NCBI GenBank assembly: GCA_046563655.1
Contig: CM102290.1
Location: forward strand, 11,408,001-11,472,000
Length of the DNA: 64,000 bases
Reading direction: 5' to 3'
Origin: Yuukianura sp. NJ FZ-2021
Taxonomy: Eukaryota
Both the position numbers and the translations under genes were made by a program. The notes under the pieces are model-generated. The model ran no database searches and was not told the DNA's origin. It was given only the letters and a program-made list of their open reading frames with translations. This document shows, one piece after another, positions 37,798 through 50,400 of this stretch; the stretch's first letter is position 1, and each line of letters starts with the position of its first letter.

Positions 37798-40700
37798 TAG
37801 TAGACAGGCAGAGAGACAACATCATACCATAAGGTAGCTTTCCGTACTTAACTAATTAACATATTATTGTCAATGTCAATTGTTAAGTTCTAGCAATCAA
37901 TTTTGGGCCTTATTTTAGATTCTTTGTTTTTAATTTCATGAACATAAAGAAAATAAAATAAAAACAATTTGAAACCAATTTTTACTATTATTTCACGTTA
38001 CTATAGGTTACGAAGTTGCGTGTGATGTTTACATTGGCGTATACAAGGATTAACTTTGTCAAAATTAAAATCCTTTAATTAATTTCTCCTACGAAGAAAT
38101 TATACTAAATTAATTAAAATTTAATTAACGCTAGGGACTTAATTTACACTATTGTTTTAAGAAACAGTTTGGAGCGCTGTATTTGGTGGGGATTGTGAGA
38201 CATTAGAATTAAAAAGACAAAGACCAAGTTCTGGGAAGAACGAAGACAAAGGATCCTCCATTGCTGTCTCTCCGTCCGTTGTCCACTTTCCGTCTCCCGT
38301 TTCATCTCTACGTCCATCGTCCATCATTCAGTCGTCCACGCCAAGTGCGTTCAGTAAGTCATCGTTTCATCAGTTGCGGTAAGTGTAACCTCTGTCAGTC
38401 GTTGTTGGTGGGTTCAATCTTGTGTTTCGGTGGTTCGTGGGTTTTATTAAGGTTTAAATTAAGTACTTATTAGTAAGGGAGTTCTCGTGTAGATTGATGA
38501 CGACACTGGAGTTTGTTCACTCGTACTACACTTGATCTTTGTTGTTGTTTTGCAGGAACAACTTGGCGTCGTATTTTCATCAATCTCTGCCTCAAAAAAA
38601 CCCAGAACAGAACGACCACGACATTCATAGGAAAGGGGCGAACGAACGGAGGACATAATCAGGTAAATACCATCACTTTCTGTCGTAGACACTCTGAGTA
38701 GTTGTTTAAATGGGGCTACAGTGCAGGACAAAGGTCATGACCCCAAAGAACGTACGGCCATTGATAAAGTACGTCGAAGTTCATACTTAAGGACAGGTCA
38801 GTGGAGGTATGGCTGTGTGGGTAAGAGGGGAAGGTCCTATGCAAGTGCCATGTGCCGAGAGCCACGACATAACGTAGGGTGGCAAGGCCGTATTCCCGAA
38901 TTTCCCCTTCTTTCTGCATGTGTTTCGTATTCACTGGGCGCGTTCACATAATACGCAAGCTAGAGGGGGATGGGTGTTCCCATTTTACAAGCATAAAGTT
39001 ATGGCTTCAAAATTACAGTTCAGATCACAATGATTGAGAGTAATTCTCATTTTTGAACTGGAGACACTGAATTCGAAGTACAGTGCTCAGGCCAATTAGT
39101 AGCCGCTTTAGCTTCCACTTGTTTTCCAAGGCAATTTCTACGTGTAACCTAACGTTTGGAGGCATTAAAATTGTGAAATTATTTTGTCTGTACTTTAACT
39201 TTAGATGTGTTTTAATTGTGAAAAATTCAGCTGTACTCTGAGGCGGCGGCAGGAACAGCTCTTGCTCTTGGGAATAAGATTTCGAGAGTTGGATTTGAAA
39301 CGTCCGAAAATTGAAAAATTCTGGCATTTCAACTTCCCTCAATTGCTTCTATTTTTGAATTTCACATGAACGCCCCAAGGAGCTGCAACTTGACTGAGAA
39401 GCCTTGGAATATTGAGCAAAATTGAGGTGCTATAATGATAAATCTAAATTGTGACCGGTGCGACTGAACGGGTCTGGAGTCTGGGGTGTAGCCCCAACAA
39501 GCTTTGCGCAGCAAAACTTGCAATTTAGATAAGGTTTTTGTCGTATCCTGGAAACGGCGTATGACATTATCCAAAAATAAGTGTGCAAAAGTGATATTTG
39601 TCATATAATATAAAGGGTTGAATTAAATACCAATAATTAAGTTAAATCTCTGTAAACCCTGGGATATTTGGGTGGAAGGGGAAACATGTTTGCGTAGTAT
39701 GTGAAGGGGTAGGAGCTGAGTGAGGTGTCCTGTGATTCCTAGACAAACCTTCATCATCCTTCGTCGTCACTCCATTCTCGTTCTCTCTCTCACACTTCGA
39801 ACAGCTAGAAGTTTACTTCCTTCTTTTTATTATTTCTTTTGATTTTCGTCGAATAGGAATTAATTATTGTTCAATCAGTTGAGATCCAGGCTCAAGCAAC
39901 TTAACGATTACTCTCCGTTATACTCTTGGAGTGTGAGAGAGATTGATTACGTTCAGGTAGCGTTTAATACAGTGCAGCGTAGTTGTGCTGCTAACCTATC
40001 CTGCTGACTCATAGTAAATATCCACACAATCACAACAGGCCAGGCCAGATTTACGACGTCCTTTGTCTCCGAACCTCATCTTCATCACTACTTCAATCGT
40101 AAGTAACATATTTACTCCGTATTTCTGAAATTTATAGGTATGCCACTGGCCGTATCCTTATGGTAGAGGTAATCGTTGAAGAGGACAAAGAAACAACCAG
40201 GAAATTGCTACTCATTTGGCCAGGCTGAGTCTGAACTGTTATATCTGGACTGGATTGAATACTGATTGGGTTCTGGGTTGCTAAGTGGAGCCTGCTACTT
40301 TTAAGGGCTCATTTTCATCACATACTACGGTTTAAATGACTCATGACCCAGGTCATGCCTTCTAGATGTCAATAATCTAATAATAGAATCGGGTATCCAC
40401 CAGTTTATTCAGGTTAAGTTTTCTCTCAAATCTCTTACGTAGTTGGTATTCCTAGGAAGACGGAGATGAGTTTATACCCATCCCAATTGGAGTTAACGTT
40501 TAGCAGCTGATCGGATTACTCAAACTTAAAACGTTTGTTATAACCTTTATAACGTGCTAAGCTTTAGATATAGATTGAGTGAACTGGTAACTTTACCTTT
40601 AGCGTTACTGACGAATCTTAGCTGCATGCTGGATGTGTATTTCAATTAAAATTAAAAAAGTCGTAAATCAAAGAGTACCTAGGTTCCATTTTAGGACTTG

Positions 40701-40888
40701 TTAAACAAACACGTTTATTTGTTTATGTAGAGGAATTATTGGGGTATACTGCGTGTTAATTCTATGTTCTGGAACTTACTATTTGCTTCATTTTGCAGTG
40801 TGCTTCCGGGCTACATCTTTAAAGCGAACAAATACCTCTGCCAGTACGACAAGTGTGAGTCTCCGGACTTGTTGAATTGCGAGAAGCT

Positions 40889-43307
40889 ATGGAAGGTGAA
40901 CGGAAACAGAACGACACGACCTGTCGAGGTAAGCAGTGCAAGTTTTAATTGACCAATTACTGGTAAATCTAACGATGCTAGCACTATACTTTCGTTGTTT
41001 TATTTCTTTGAAGGTGGATGTGGATTTTTCGGGTCTTCGGCAACGAACGGACTTTGTTCCCTTTGCTATAAGCAACAACTTGCCAAAATGAACGCTGCTC
41101 CTCCAGCCACAGTACAAGTCCAACAAGTTTTACCACCATTGTCTCCCAAAGTGAGTTTTCAAACTATCGTTAGCTTTGGTTATAACATAACGCTGTAAGA
41201 GATGACGTCGTTCGTGCGATCAGCTGTTCATATGAGTTCAGTGAACTTACGCTGTTTACTACGTCGTAAACTATCACAATGGATATAAGTATAAGTTATT
41301 AATTGTAACAGTTATTATAATTTATTAATCTGGTTTAATAGGGTCAGGGTGACGGTCTCAAGGATGAAGTTTTGGTCAAGGAAGGTTTTGCTCTTGGAGC
41401 TGAGAAATCCACTGCCGAAGACAAGGCTGAATCATGCATCGACGAAGAAATGGCCGCAAAGAAACCCGAATCAGATAACTCCGTTGAGAAGAAACCTGGA
41501 GAATTAACCTCCAATGCCTCACCTCTTGAGAAGAAGCCCAAGACAAACCGTTGCTTAACGTGTCGTAAAAAAGTTGGCCTTCTTGGTAAGTCCAGTTTCT
41601 TACACTTTGTTTTCACTTACATTATTATTGCTACCTCAACGAGTAGTTAGCATTCATTTTCTCGTCGTTGTCAGAAGGCCAGTGAGAATTGACGATGTAA
41701 TGTTCTTAGAAGTTTTCGTAATTCAAGTTGTTGCACCTAATGGTGATGAGTTATCTCTTTCTATCTACTACATCACCTTCACGACTTGAGTTCAATATAA
41801 GTAACTTTAAAGTTTAAATTCACCTAACTATGATTGAAATTAGAGTCGGAAATCTAGCGTTGATTAATCAAAGATTCAAGTCATTCCGAATCCGAACTCT
41901 GAGAAGTTCAAGTGGGTGTGACATAATCAAAAGAAGTAACTTAGTAACCTTCCAGTTACTTTTTGTTTGATTGAAAGTGTCTTATTAGTAAATTAGTTTC
42001 AGCTAAGCATCAGATTGAGTCGTAATCGCTGGCCGATCAACGTTAGGGATTATTTGAGTTCCATCAATATACAGATTTTTGTAGCTCAACGTGAGCAAGA
42101 CTCACCACGACATCATGTATGCTGTACTATATAGTAGAACCAAGGCTTTTGTTATGACGTTGCGTGCGTTAGGTTCCTATAAGCAAGAGATTTAAGTGAT
42201 ACTAGGTGTAATCAGAAGTAAAAATGATTGCATCCATCGCATATGTATGAATGACCTCATCCTCTCTCCTGCACTACTTTACATTGTTTCCTCATAATCT
42301 GATTCTGATCTACCGAGATGCAATAACTTACGATTAGTTCGCACTCTGATTTGCACTTTCATTAAACCAGCATTAATAACCTCAACCTCAGCCTTAGCTG
42401 CTGGTAAAGTTTTTTAGAGACAAAAAATATTAACAACAAATTGCGAATAGAACGCATAGTAAATCATTTTACTCGGTTTCTCGGTTTTTGATTAACTTCA
42501 ATTTTAAATCCCAAACTTGTGCTATCATTCCGTGAGCATTTATTTAATTTCATTGCCTTTGGCATGCCTTACTAGACGCTAAGATCATCAGTTCAAATAA
42601 TTTGTCCCTTGTCCAAGTCCGATTTTAGACTGAAACAACGTCTTCTTTATGATCTCGATCTAAAGAGACAACGCACACATGTTGCTGTTGCACGAAATTA
42701 TGTGTTTGCGTCAGGTCTTCAAGTTTACTCTATTTTAAGAGGATCAAGTTATGTTGGCTCGACTTCGGCGGAATATCCAAGCATGCATTTCTTCCAAGAA
42801 ATAAATAAAGTGTTGATAATAGCCTTGGGCATTCTGTTTCAAATCGCAACTGACGTTCTCGTGCTCTAAAACACTATCAAAAGCTTTTAGCACAACCTGA
42901 CCTTACTTCTTTATTGAATGAGAAGTTTGGCATGTTTACAAAAATAAGTGTTGCCTTTCTCGTTCAGAAATTTCTTAATTTTGACGTAAACGTAATCGTA
43001 AGCTGTTAACTATGATCTATACAAAGTACTAAACGATTTGTTTTCTGTTTTTGTAGGCTTCGAATGTCGTTGCGGTGGTCTCTTCTGTGGCACTCATCGC
43101 TACAGTGACAAACATGACTGTACTTTCGATTATCGGTGAGTTGTCACTTATTGTTTTATGATGATACGAAAATATACCTCTGATTAACTAATTTGACATT
43201 AATGAAACTAACGTCAGTGTATTTTGATTTTTTGCAGAGAATTGGGAGCTCAGGAAATTAGAAAAAACAATCCAGTTGTTGTTTCTGAGAAGATCAAAAA
43301 ACTTTAA
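40889..43307 (+). CDS. ZFAND6: A20- and AN1-type zinc finger protein (ZFAND5/6-like)
   Basis: A20 finger [24 protein letters not shown]1 finger [39 protein letters not shown] and tail [16 protein letters not shown]. Five coding exons. Candidate 5'UTR exons lie upstream from about 38260, and AATAAA at about 44675. ZFAND5 vs 6 cannot be distinguished. Confidence 0.93.
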
Positions 43308-44969
43308 GGATTCCTAAACACCTAACTACCAATCAAAAGAAATATAAGAAGCTCCAAACCCCCCACCAACCAAATCTTCATACTCCTCCATTTCACAGAA
43401 TACTACTAAGAAAGAGCAAGTCGTCCCAACAAAATAATACAAGATGGGGAGTGTGGACATAATTAATAGAAAAACTACTACAAGTTCTACATATACTACT
43501 ACGATTTACACTTAACTCGTCCTTAAGTTCGAATAACTTAAGATAAATTCATAATTGAAACACGGTCGTTTTGTTTTCGCTAAATCGTGAGAGAGTTTGT
43601 GTGAGGTTAGGGTGATTTTAAGTTTTTAGGTAACTAATTTAAGGCAAAGTTAAGATTTTTAAGAAAACAGGAGAAAAGTTAAGTGTTTTTTGGTCAGGAG
43701 AGTTGTATAATCAATTGATGAGAACTCGACGGGGTTCAAAGTTCGAGTCCCCGTTCTGTTTCGTTTCTTTTTTTTTTTTTGTTTCCTTCCTATTTTGTTC
43801 TTCATCTTTGGTTTAAAACGACAGTGTACGTTTATGTAATCTTATTAATGACAGGGAAATTTGAACTTGAAGAAATGTGTATGTGTGTTTGACTCAACAA
43901 CGCACACTCTTGTAACATTTCTGCTTTAGTTTTTACAATAATTAATTTAGAGTTTGAACCCCTCTCTGTACAAGTGCTCGCTCGTCATAGAGTATTAACT
44001 GAATGTCTGTGTGTTTTATCAAAATAATTTTTAGAAAAAAAGTTGGAAAAATTTTGACAAAAAGTTTTGAAAAGAGAGAAAAATTGAGAAGTTTAAAAGT
44101 CCAGAGAAAGTCAGTGACGAAAACAGAGTGTTGGACCTAGGTTAAATATTTACCATGGGAGGTCAAATTCAAATCAGAGAACGCTTGAGGAAGCACAATT
44201 TCTGAAAAAGAAAATTGAAAATCTGTAGCTCACACAATCAATCATCACACATTGAACTAACCAATTCAAACAACAATTAACTTTAGTAATGGTTTAAGAT
44301 TTGTTAAGGAAAATCATCTTTAAATCTGCTGCTTTTTCTTGACTGAGAGTTTTGTTTTCCTGCGTTTGGTTTAGTTTTTTTGAGAGGTTCCATGCTTCAT
44401 TTCAATTATTGTAATTTTTCTTCTGGATTTCGTTTATTGCTGTCGTCTTCCTTTGTGGCAAAAATATGATTTGACTGTGGTTAAAAAATTATTTTTAACT
44501 AACAAGATTATGTTTTGTTTGTTTTTTTGTAGAAAGCTAACTACATTCCATATCCAATAACTAACTAATTGCCCTAACCGTAAACTCAATTAAACAGAAC
44601 ACGAAAGTTAGCTTTTTTTTGTGACTGTCCTCCCTGGGTTCACACTCTTGACAGCAAAAGTTTATAACCTCTGCAATAAAGAAAAAAAATACAGAACTCC
44701 GCTTGTGTTGACTAAAAATCTCTTCTTTTTAAAATGCCTATAAAATTGGGAATTGGGAAGCTAAGATGAAGTATTAAACATAGATTTTTTGGAAGATTTT
44801 TGCGGAAAAAGTTGTATAAAACTGCCATGTTTCTGAAGAAAAATTACAAGACCTCTGCACAAATGGGTCAAAAAATGGGAGATTTCTGCACCAATTGGTT
44901 AACTGCATCAGTTAACTGATGTACAAGGAATGCCTGTAACTTCAGATGATCGAAACTAAACAAGTTTAC

Positions 44970-46987
44970 TTTCTAAAAATACTCCATATTTTTGTGAATT
45001 CAGTAGCGAAGAGTTTACCTTTCTATCGCTTTCCGTTCTCGAGTTATGAATTTTGAAAGTTTTTGAAAATTAAAATGCAATTTTGAAAATTTATATCTCG
45101 TGAACGGAAAGCGATAGAGACCTAATCTCTTCACGAGAGACTTTCAAAAAACATGAAGAATTTATAGAAATGTTGAAAACTCCAAAATCGAACAGTAAGT
45201 TTTTCGTCAAATTTTGAAAAAAACCATGGACTATAGTCCATGGATTTTTTCGAAATTTCGTCAAAATCTGAGGGTACCTTTTTATATTTTCTAAAAATAC
45301 TATATATTTTTGTGAATTCAGGAGCGATGAGTTTACCTTTCTATCGCTTTCCGTTCTCGAGTTATGAATTTTGAAAGTTTTTGAAAATTAAAATGAAATT
45401 TTGAAAATTTATATCTCGTGAACGGAAAGCGATAGAGACCTAATCTCTTCACGAAAAGCTTTCAATAAATGTGAAGAATTTTTAGAAATTCTGAAAACTC
45501 CAAAATCAAACATCAAGTTTTTCGTCAAATTTTGAAAAAAACCATGGACTATAGTCCATGGATTTTTTCGAAATTTGGTCAAAATCTGAGGGTACCTTTT
45601 TATATTTTCTAAAAATACTCCTTATTTTTGTGAATTCAGGAGCGAAGAGTTTACCTTTCTATCGCTTTCCGTTCCCGAGTTACGAATTTAGAAAGTTTTT
45701 GAAAATTAAAATGAAATTTTAAAAATTTATATCTCGGGAACGGAGAACGATAGAGAACTAATCTCTTCGCTTAAAACTCTCAAAACACATGAAAAATTTT
45801 AACAAATACTGAAAAGTCCAAAATCAGACATAAAGTTTTTCGTCAAATTTTGAAAAAAACCATGGACTATAGTCCATGGATTTTTTCGAAATTTCGTCAA
45901 AATCTGAGGGTACCTTTTTATATTTTCTAAAAATACTCCTTATTTTTGTGAATTCAGGAGTGAAGAGTTTACCTCTCTACCACCTTTCGTTCCTGAGATA
46001 TGAATTTTCAAAGTTTTTGAAAATTAAAATGAAATTTTAAAATTTTATATCTCGTGAACGGAAAGCGATAGAGATCTAATCTCTTCACGAAAAACCTTCA
46101 AAACAGATGAAGAAATTTTAGAAATATTGAAAACTCCAAAATGGAACATCAAGTTTTTCGTCAAATTTTGAAAAAAACCATGGACTATAGTCCATGGTTT
46201 TTTGTGAAATTTGGTCAAAATCTGAGGGTACCTTTTTAAAATTTCTAAAAATACTACATATTTTTGTGAATTCAGGAGCGAAGAGTTTACCTCTCTATCG
46301 CTTTCCGTTCCCGAGATATGAATTTTCCAAGTTTTTGAAAATTAAAATAAAATTTTGAAATTTTATATCTCGTCAACGGAAAGTGATAGAGATCTAATCT
46401 CTTCACGAAAAGCTTTCAAAAAGTATGAAGAATTTTTAGGAATATTAAAAACTCCAAAATGGAACATCAAGTTTTTCGTCAAATTTTGAAAAAAACCATG
46501 GACTATAGTCCATGGATTTTTTCGAAATTTCGTCAAAATCTGAGGGTACCTTTTTATATTTTCTAAAAATACTATATATTTTTGTGAATTCAGGAGCGAA
46601 GAGTTTACCTTTCTATCGCTTTCCGTTCTCGAGTTATGAATTTTGAAAGTTTTTGAAAATTAAAATGAAATTTTGAAAATTTATATCTCGTGAACGGAAA
46701 GCGATAGAGACCTAATCTCTTCACGAAAAGCTTTCAATAAATGTGAAGAATTTTTAGAAATGTTGAAAACTCCAAAATCGAACATCAAGTTTTTCGTCAA
46801 ATTTTGAAAAAAAAAAACCACTCAAATATGAGTCAAAATTTGAGGGCACCTTTTTTAAAATTTCTAAAAATACTCCATATTTTTGTGAACTCAGGAGCGA
46901 AAAGATTACCTCTCTAACGCCCTCGGTTCTCGATATATGAATTTCTAAAGTTCTTGAACTGAAAATAAAATTTTAGAAATTTATATT
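44970..46987. repeat. Tandem satellite array, 318-bp unit, about 6.3 copies, palindromic unit
   Basis: The 20-bp palindrome CCATGGACTATAGTCCATGG starts at 45224, 45542, 45860, 46178 and 46496 (period 318). The last unit is diverged. Confidence 0.97.
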
Positions 46988-47495
46988 TAGGAAAATGCAT
47001 TTTCCTGGGGGGTCATCCACGAAAAATTAGATTCAAAATTTTGAAAAAATTTTCCGGGAGAATCCGCCGTGGAATCAATTAGTGTGGGAAATGAATGAAT
47101 TTTTGGACTCTGCATACATTTCAAGAAGACTATAAGGCACAGGGTTGAGTTTATTTGGTATAATCCTTTGGATAAGAACACTAAATATTCAATGTAAAGC
47201 TTGACACAGTGCACCACTTAAATTTTTAATATACATAGGGTTTCTTTTCGTCTAATTTTGTTGAAATTGAGATTTTAAGAATCTTTGGAGAGAGAAAATA
47301 GAACATATCATCTTCCCTTTTCATCACTTCACTTCTTTTGACAAGATTTTCTTCTTTGTTGGCACCATTTTTTCTCTGCAAATTTCCAACAGCATTGTTT
47401 TTGCTGATGTTCATGGAAGCACATTGTTTCAAATTCCGTATTGCCAAAGTTTGAGAGGAGGTTTACAAAAGGTGTGTTTCGAAGGTGGATGGATT

Positions 47496-50400
47496 TTAAG
47501 CTTCAATTCTAAATGGAGAGCCTGGAATATCGTCATTCCCGTAGCGTATGATGATGATGTAGTCTGAAACCAAAATACAATTTCAAAAAAGAAGCAATGA
47601 AAGTGCATCTCCTAAAATCTGGAGAATTCCTTCCCTAAACTTATCATATTTCATCTGAATTTGTGTGTTTCTCACCGCCACGGTCCTTGACGAGGTAGTT
47701 GACCTGGTAGTTTTGATGACCCGTGTGCTTAATGAAGAGTTCTTCACAAGGTCCCTTCGGGCCCAACATCCCGACGTACAAAATATTTTGCCCTATTTCA
47801 AAGGAAAATCAGCAGCTTATTAAGCGTTTGCAGAATTGCAACTTATATAATCATATTTCTTCAAAATCTAAAGCTGGCCTAACCTGCGCTGGCGCAGTTG
47901 AGGCTAAATTGATTCTGCTTTTGAATGTACGCTTTCTTCAGACCCATTCCCTTGCTGGTGACCTTTGAAGCATCAGATTTGAAAGTTGGTAGGGCAGGTT
48001 TCACTTGTCTAAAACAACAACAATATTTGAGAATGACACTCTCTTGTTTGGAGACGTGGGAACTTACGATTGGCTCTTTGAAACTTTGTGACTCGTTTCA
48101 ACGACTACGGTCGAAGTTTCCGTCATTCCTTTCTCAGCTACTTCCTTTCCAGTACAACGAACCTAGTATAACATTGGTTATTAGTTTTAAATCATCTCAT
48201 ACAACTGACATCAGAGAACAAATTCTTTTACTAGACGTGCTCAAACTTACCTTGAATGGAGATCCAGGAATATTGCAGCCATTCAGCTTGATAGATACAA
48301 AATAGAAGCCTGGGATACACAAAGCAAAGTTTTCAGAAAAAAAAAATTGACTAGCATAAGTGCAATTTTTGTTTAAGTTGAATAACCGGTGGCAAGCGGA
48401 GTCCAATGTACTTTGTAGCCATCTTCCAGCTCTGAGCAATCCATCGCCACCTTGCTTGGTCCTATTCAGACATCACAATAACATGTACATCGGACGTATT
48501 TAAGAAATACTGGTACTTTTTTACCATCAATTGTAACTGACAAGTGTCCGGCACCAGCATGTGAGGTGTCAATGAAGAAGTCCGTCTTCTCTCCACTCTT
48601 TACTTCTTCCAAGCCTTTGCCCGAAGCTCGAACGCAAGCTGGATCAGCATCGTCATCTCCAACTTTCACTGGAGCAGGACTGTAACAGAATCAACCGTTA
48701 AATCTGAATTGTTACAAAGCAGTTTTTACTTTTTAAAAAATACAGTAATTCACCTTCCTGGAATATGAATTCCATTGAGTTTGAGATGAACGTGATTGGT
48801 TCCGTTTTCTTTTGGCATGAATCGGATACTATAACTGTCATACTGTCAAGTGAAGTAAAGCGTTTTAGCCCACTGTGTCATTGAATAACACTGTATATAA
48901 AACCGGAAATACTTTGAGTAAACATACATCGACAGTGTCAATGAAGCAGTCATCTTGGACTCCAGAGGGGCTCACTACCTTAGCATCCAACTGTCCTTGT
49001 GCTCCGTTCTTTCTCACCATAAACATAGAGGGCTTGTTTATTTGAACCTGCGCAGGGAACTGTGCAAAAAAAAAAAATCAACGTTTTAAACTCCTCAATT
49101 TAGTTCATCAATCGGTTAAATATTTTCTCAATCTCTTACTTGTCCAATCTCAACTTTCTTGGCATCCCCGGAATCTGGGCTAACGTAAACCTGAAGAAAA
49201 ACAAACACTTAATTCCTGTTTAAAAAACAGCTACATAATCGATCAATCTTACGAGGAACGGAGAACCTTCAATACAATCATCGTCAAATCGGATTCCAAC
49301 TCGGTATTCACCCGGTTCCGTCACTTGGTAAGTCACGTAACAGCTTCCATCCTTCTGGTCTTGCAGATCTATAACCGCCTGTCGCAAAATAATAACATAA
49401 CGTTAGTAACTAACCAAAATATACTGTAGTTCCTAATGATGTGCAAAGTAAAGCTAAGCGTACCTTGCTGGGTCCTTCCACACTAATGCCCTGAAACACA
49501 ATTCAGAATCTATTAGTCTTTTGTAAAAAATTCAATTAAAATTACTATTTAAACATTTCTTTAAACTCACCAGTAATCCAGGTCCAGCTTCCCTTGTCCA
49601 CACCTAAATTTTGTTTAGATTCATGTTCATGTTAGCATCATAAAGAACATAACTAAATTTTTGATCTGACTTACGTTGAACTCGCAAGGGATGCCAACCT
49701 CTCCGCGTTCCAAACCTCGACCACCAGCTTTGACCTAGGTAAATAAACTCCACTTTTTGAACAACAGCTAACCCACAACAAGATGAGGAAATGGTTTATG
49801 AAATCTTACGCGATGGGCACCACCATCCTTCAACTTGCCAACGGTAAAGGAGAACGGACTGCCTGAAAGTAATCAAATCCAACAGCTGAATATAGTCTCT
49901 TGAAATTTAACTAATTTGAGATTGTAATTAAAGACAACTTCCGGTTTACCTGGGATATGAAGATCATGCAGTTTGACTGAGACGGTATGAGTTCCTAGTT
50001 CCTTGGGGACAAACTGAACACCGTATCCATCTTCTACTTCAGCAATGGCGGCAGCCTCAGTTACTCCGGATGGTGATGTCACTGCAGAGGTTACCAAAAC
50101 AGAGATCAGTTTAAGTCTTAGTATTTTGATGAGACTCGAGGTATATTTTTCTTACCAGCAGCAGAGAGGTCGAACGTAGACACGCCTATAAAACGAGGCA
50201 ATCATTCAATTAACTCATAAATTCGCTTTTTGTAATCCTCATAGTAGACAGCTTTCTCAAACGTAGGACAACGTAACACTTAAATTCAATACTCACCAGG
50301 CATTTTGAACGTCAGACGACAGTTGGACCCAACTTCAGCAACAGGGACAGCTTCACCATGATGTTGGATCTTCTCACGATGTCGGTTTGACCCTTCACCA

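Noticed and set aside
41826..42303. Possible box C/D snoRNAs in the long ZFAND intron
   Set aside because: C boxes are imperfect (ATGATTG), terminal stems are weak and I could not identify an rRNA antisense guide; would need snoscan/Infernal.
44970..46987. Regularly spaced palindromes resembling a CRISPR array
   Set aside because: The intervening sequences are near-identical rather than unique spacers, the context is eukaryotic and there are no cas genes.
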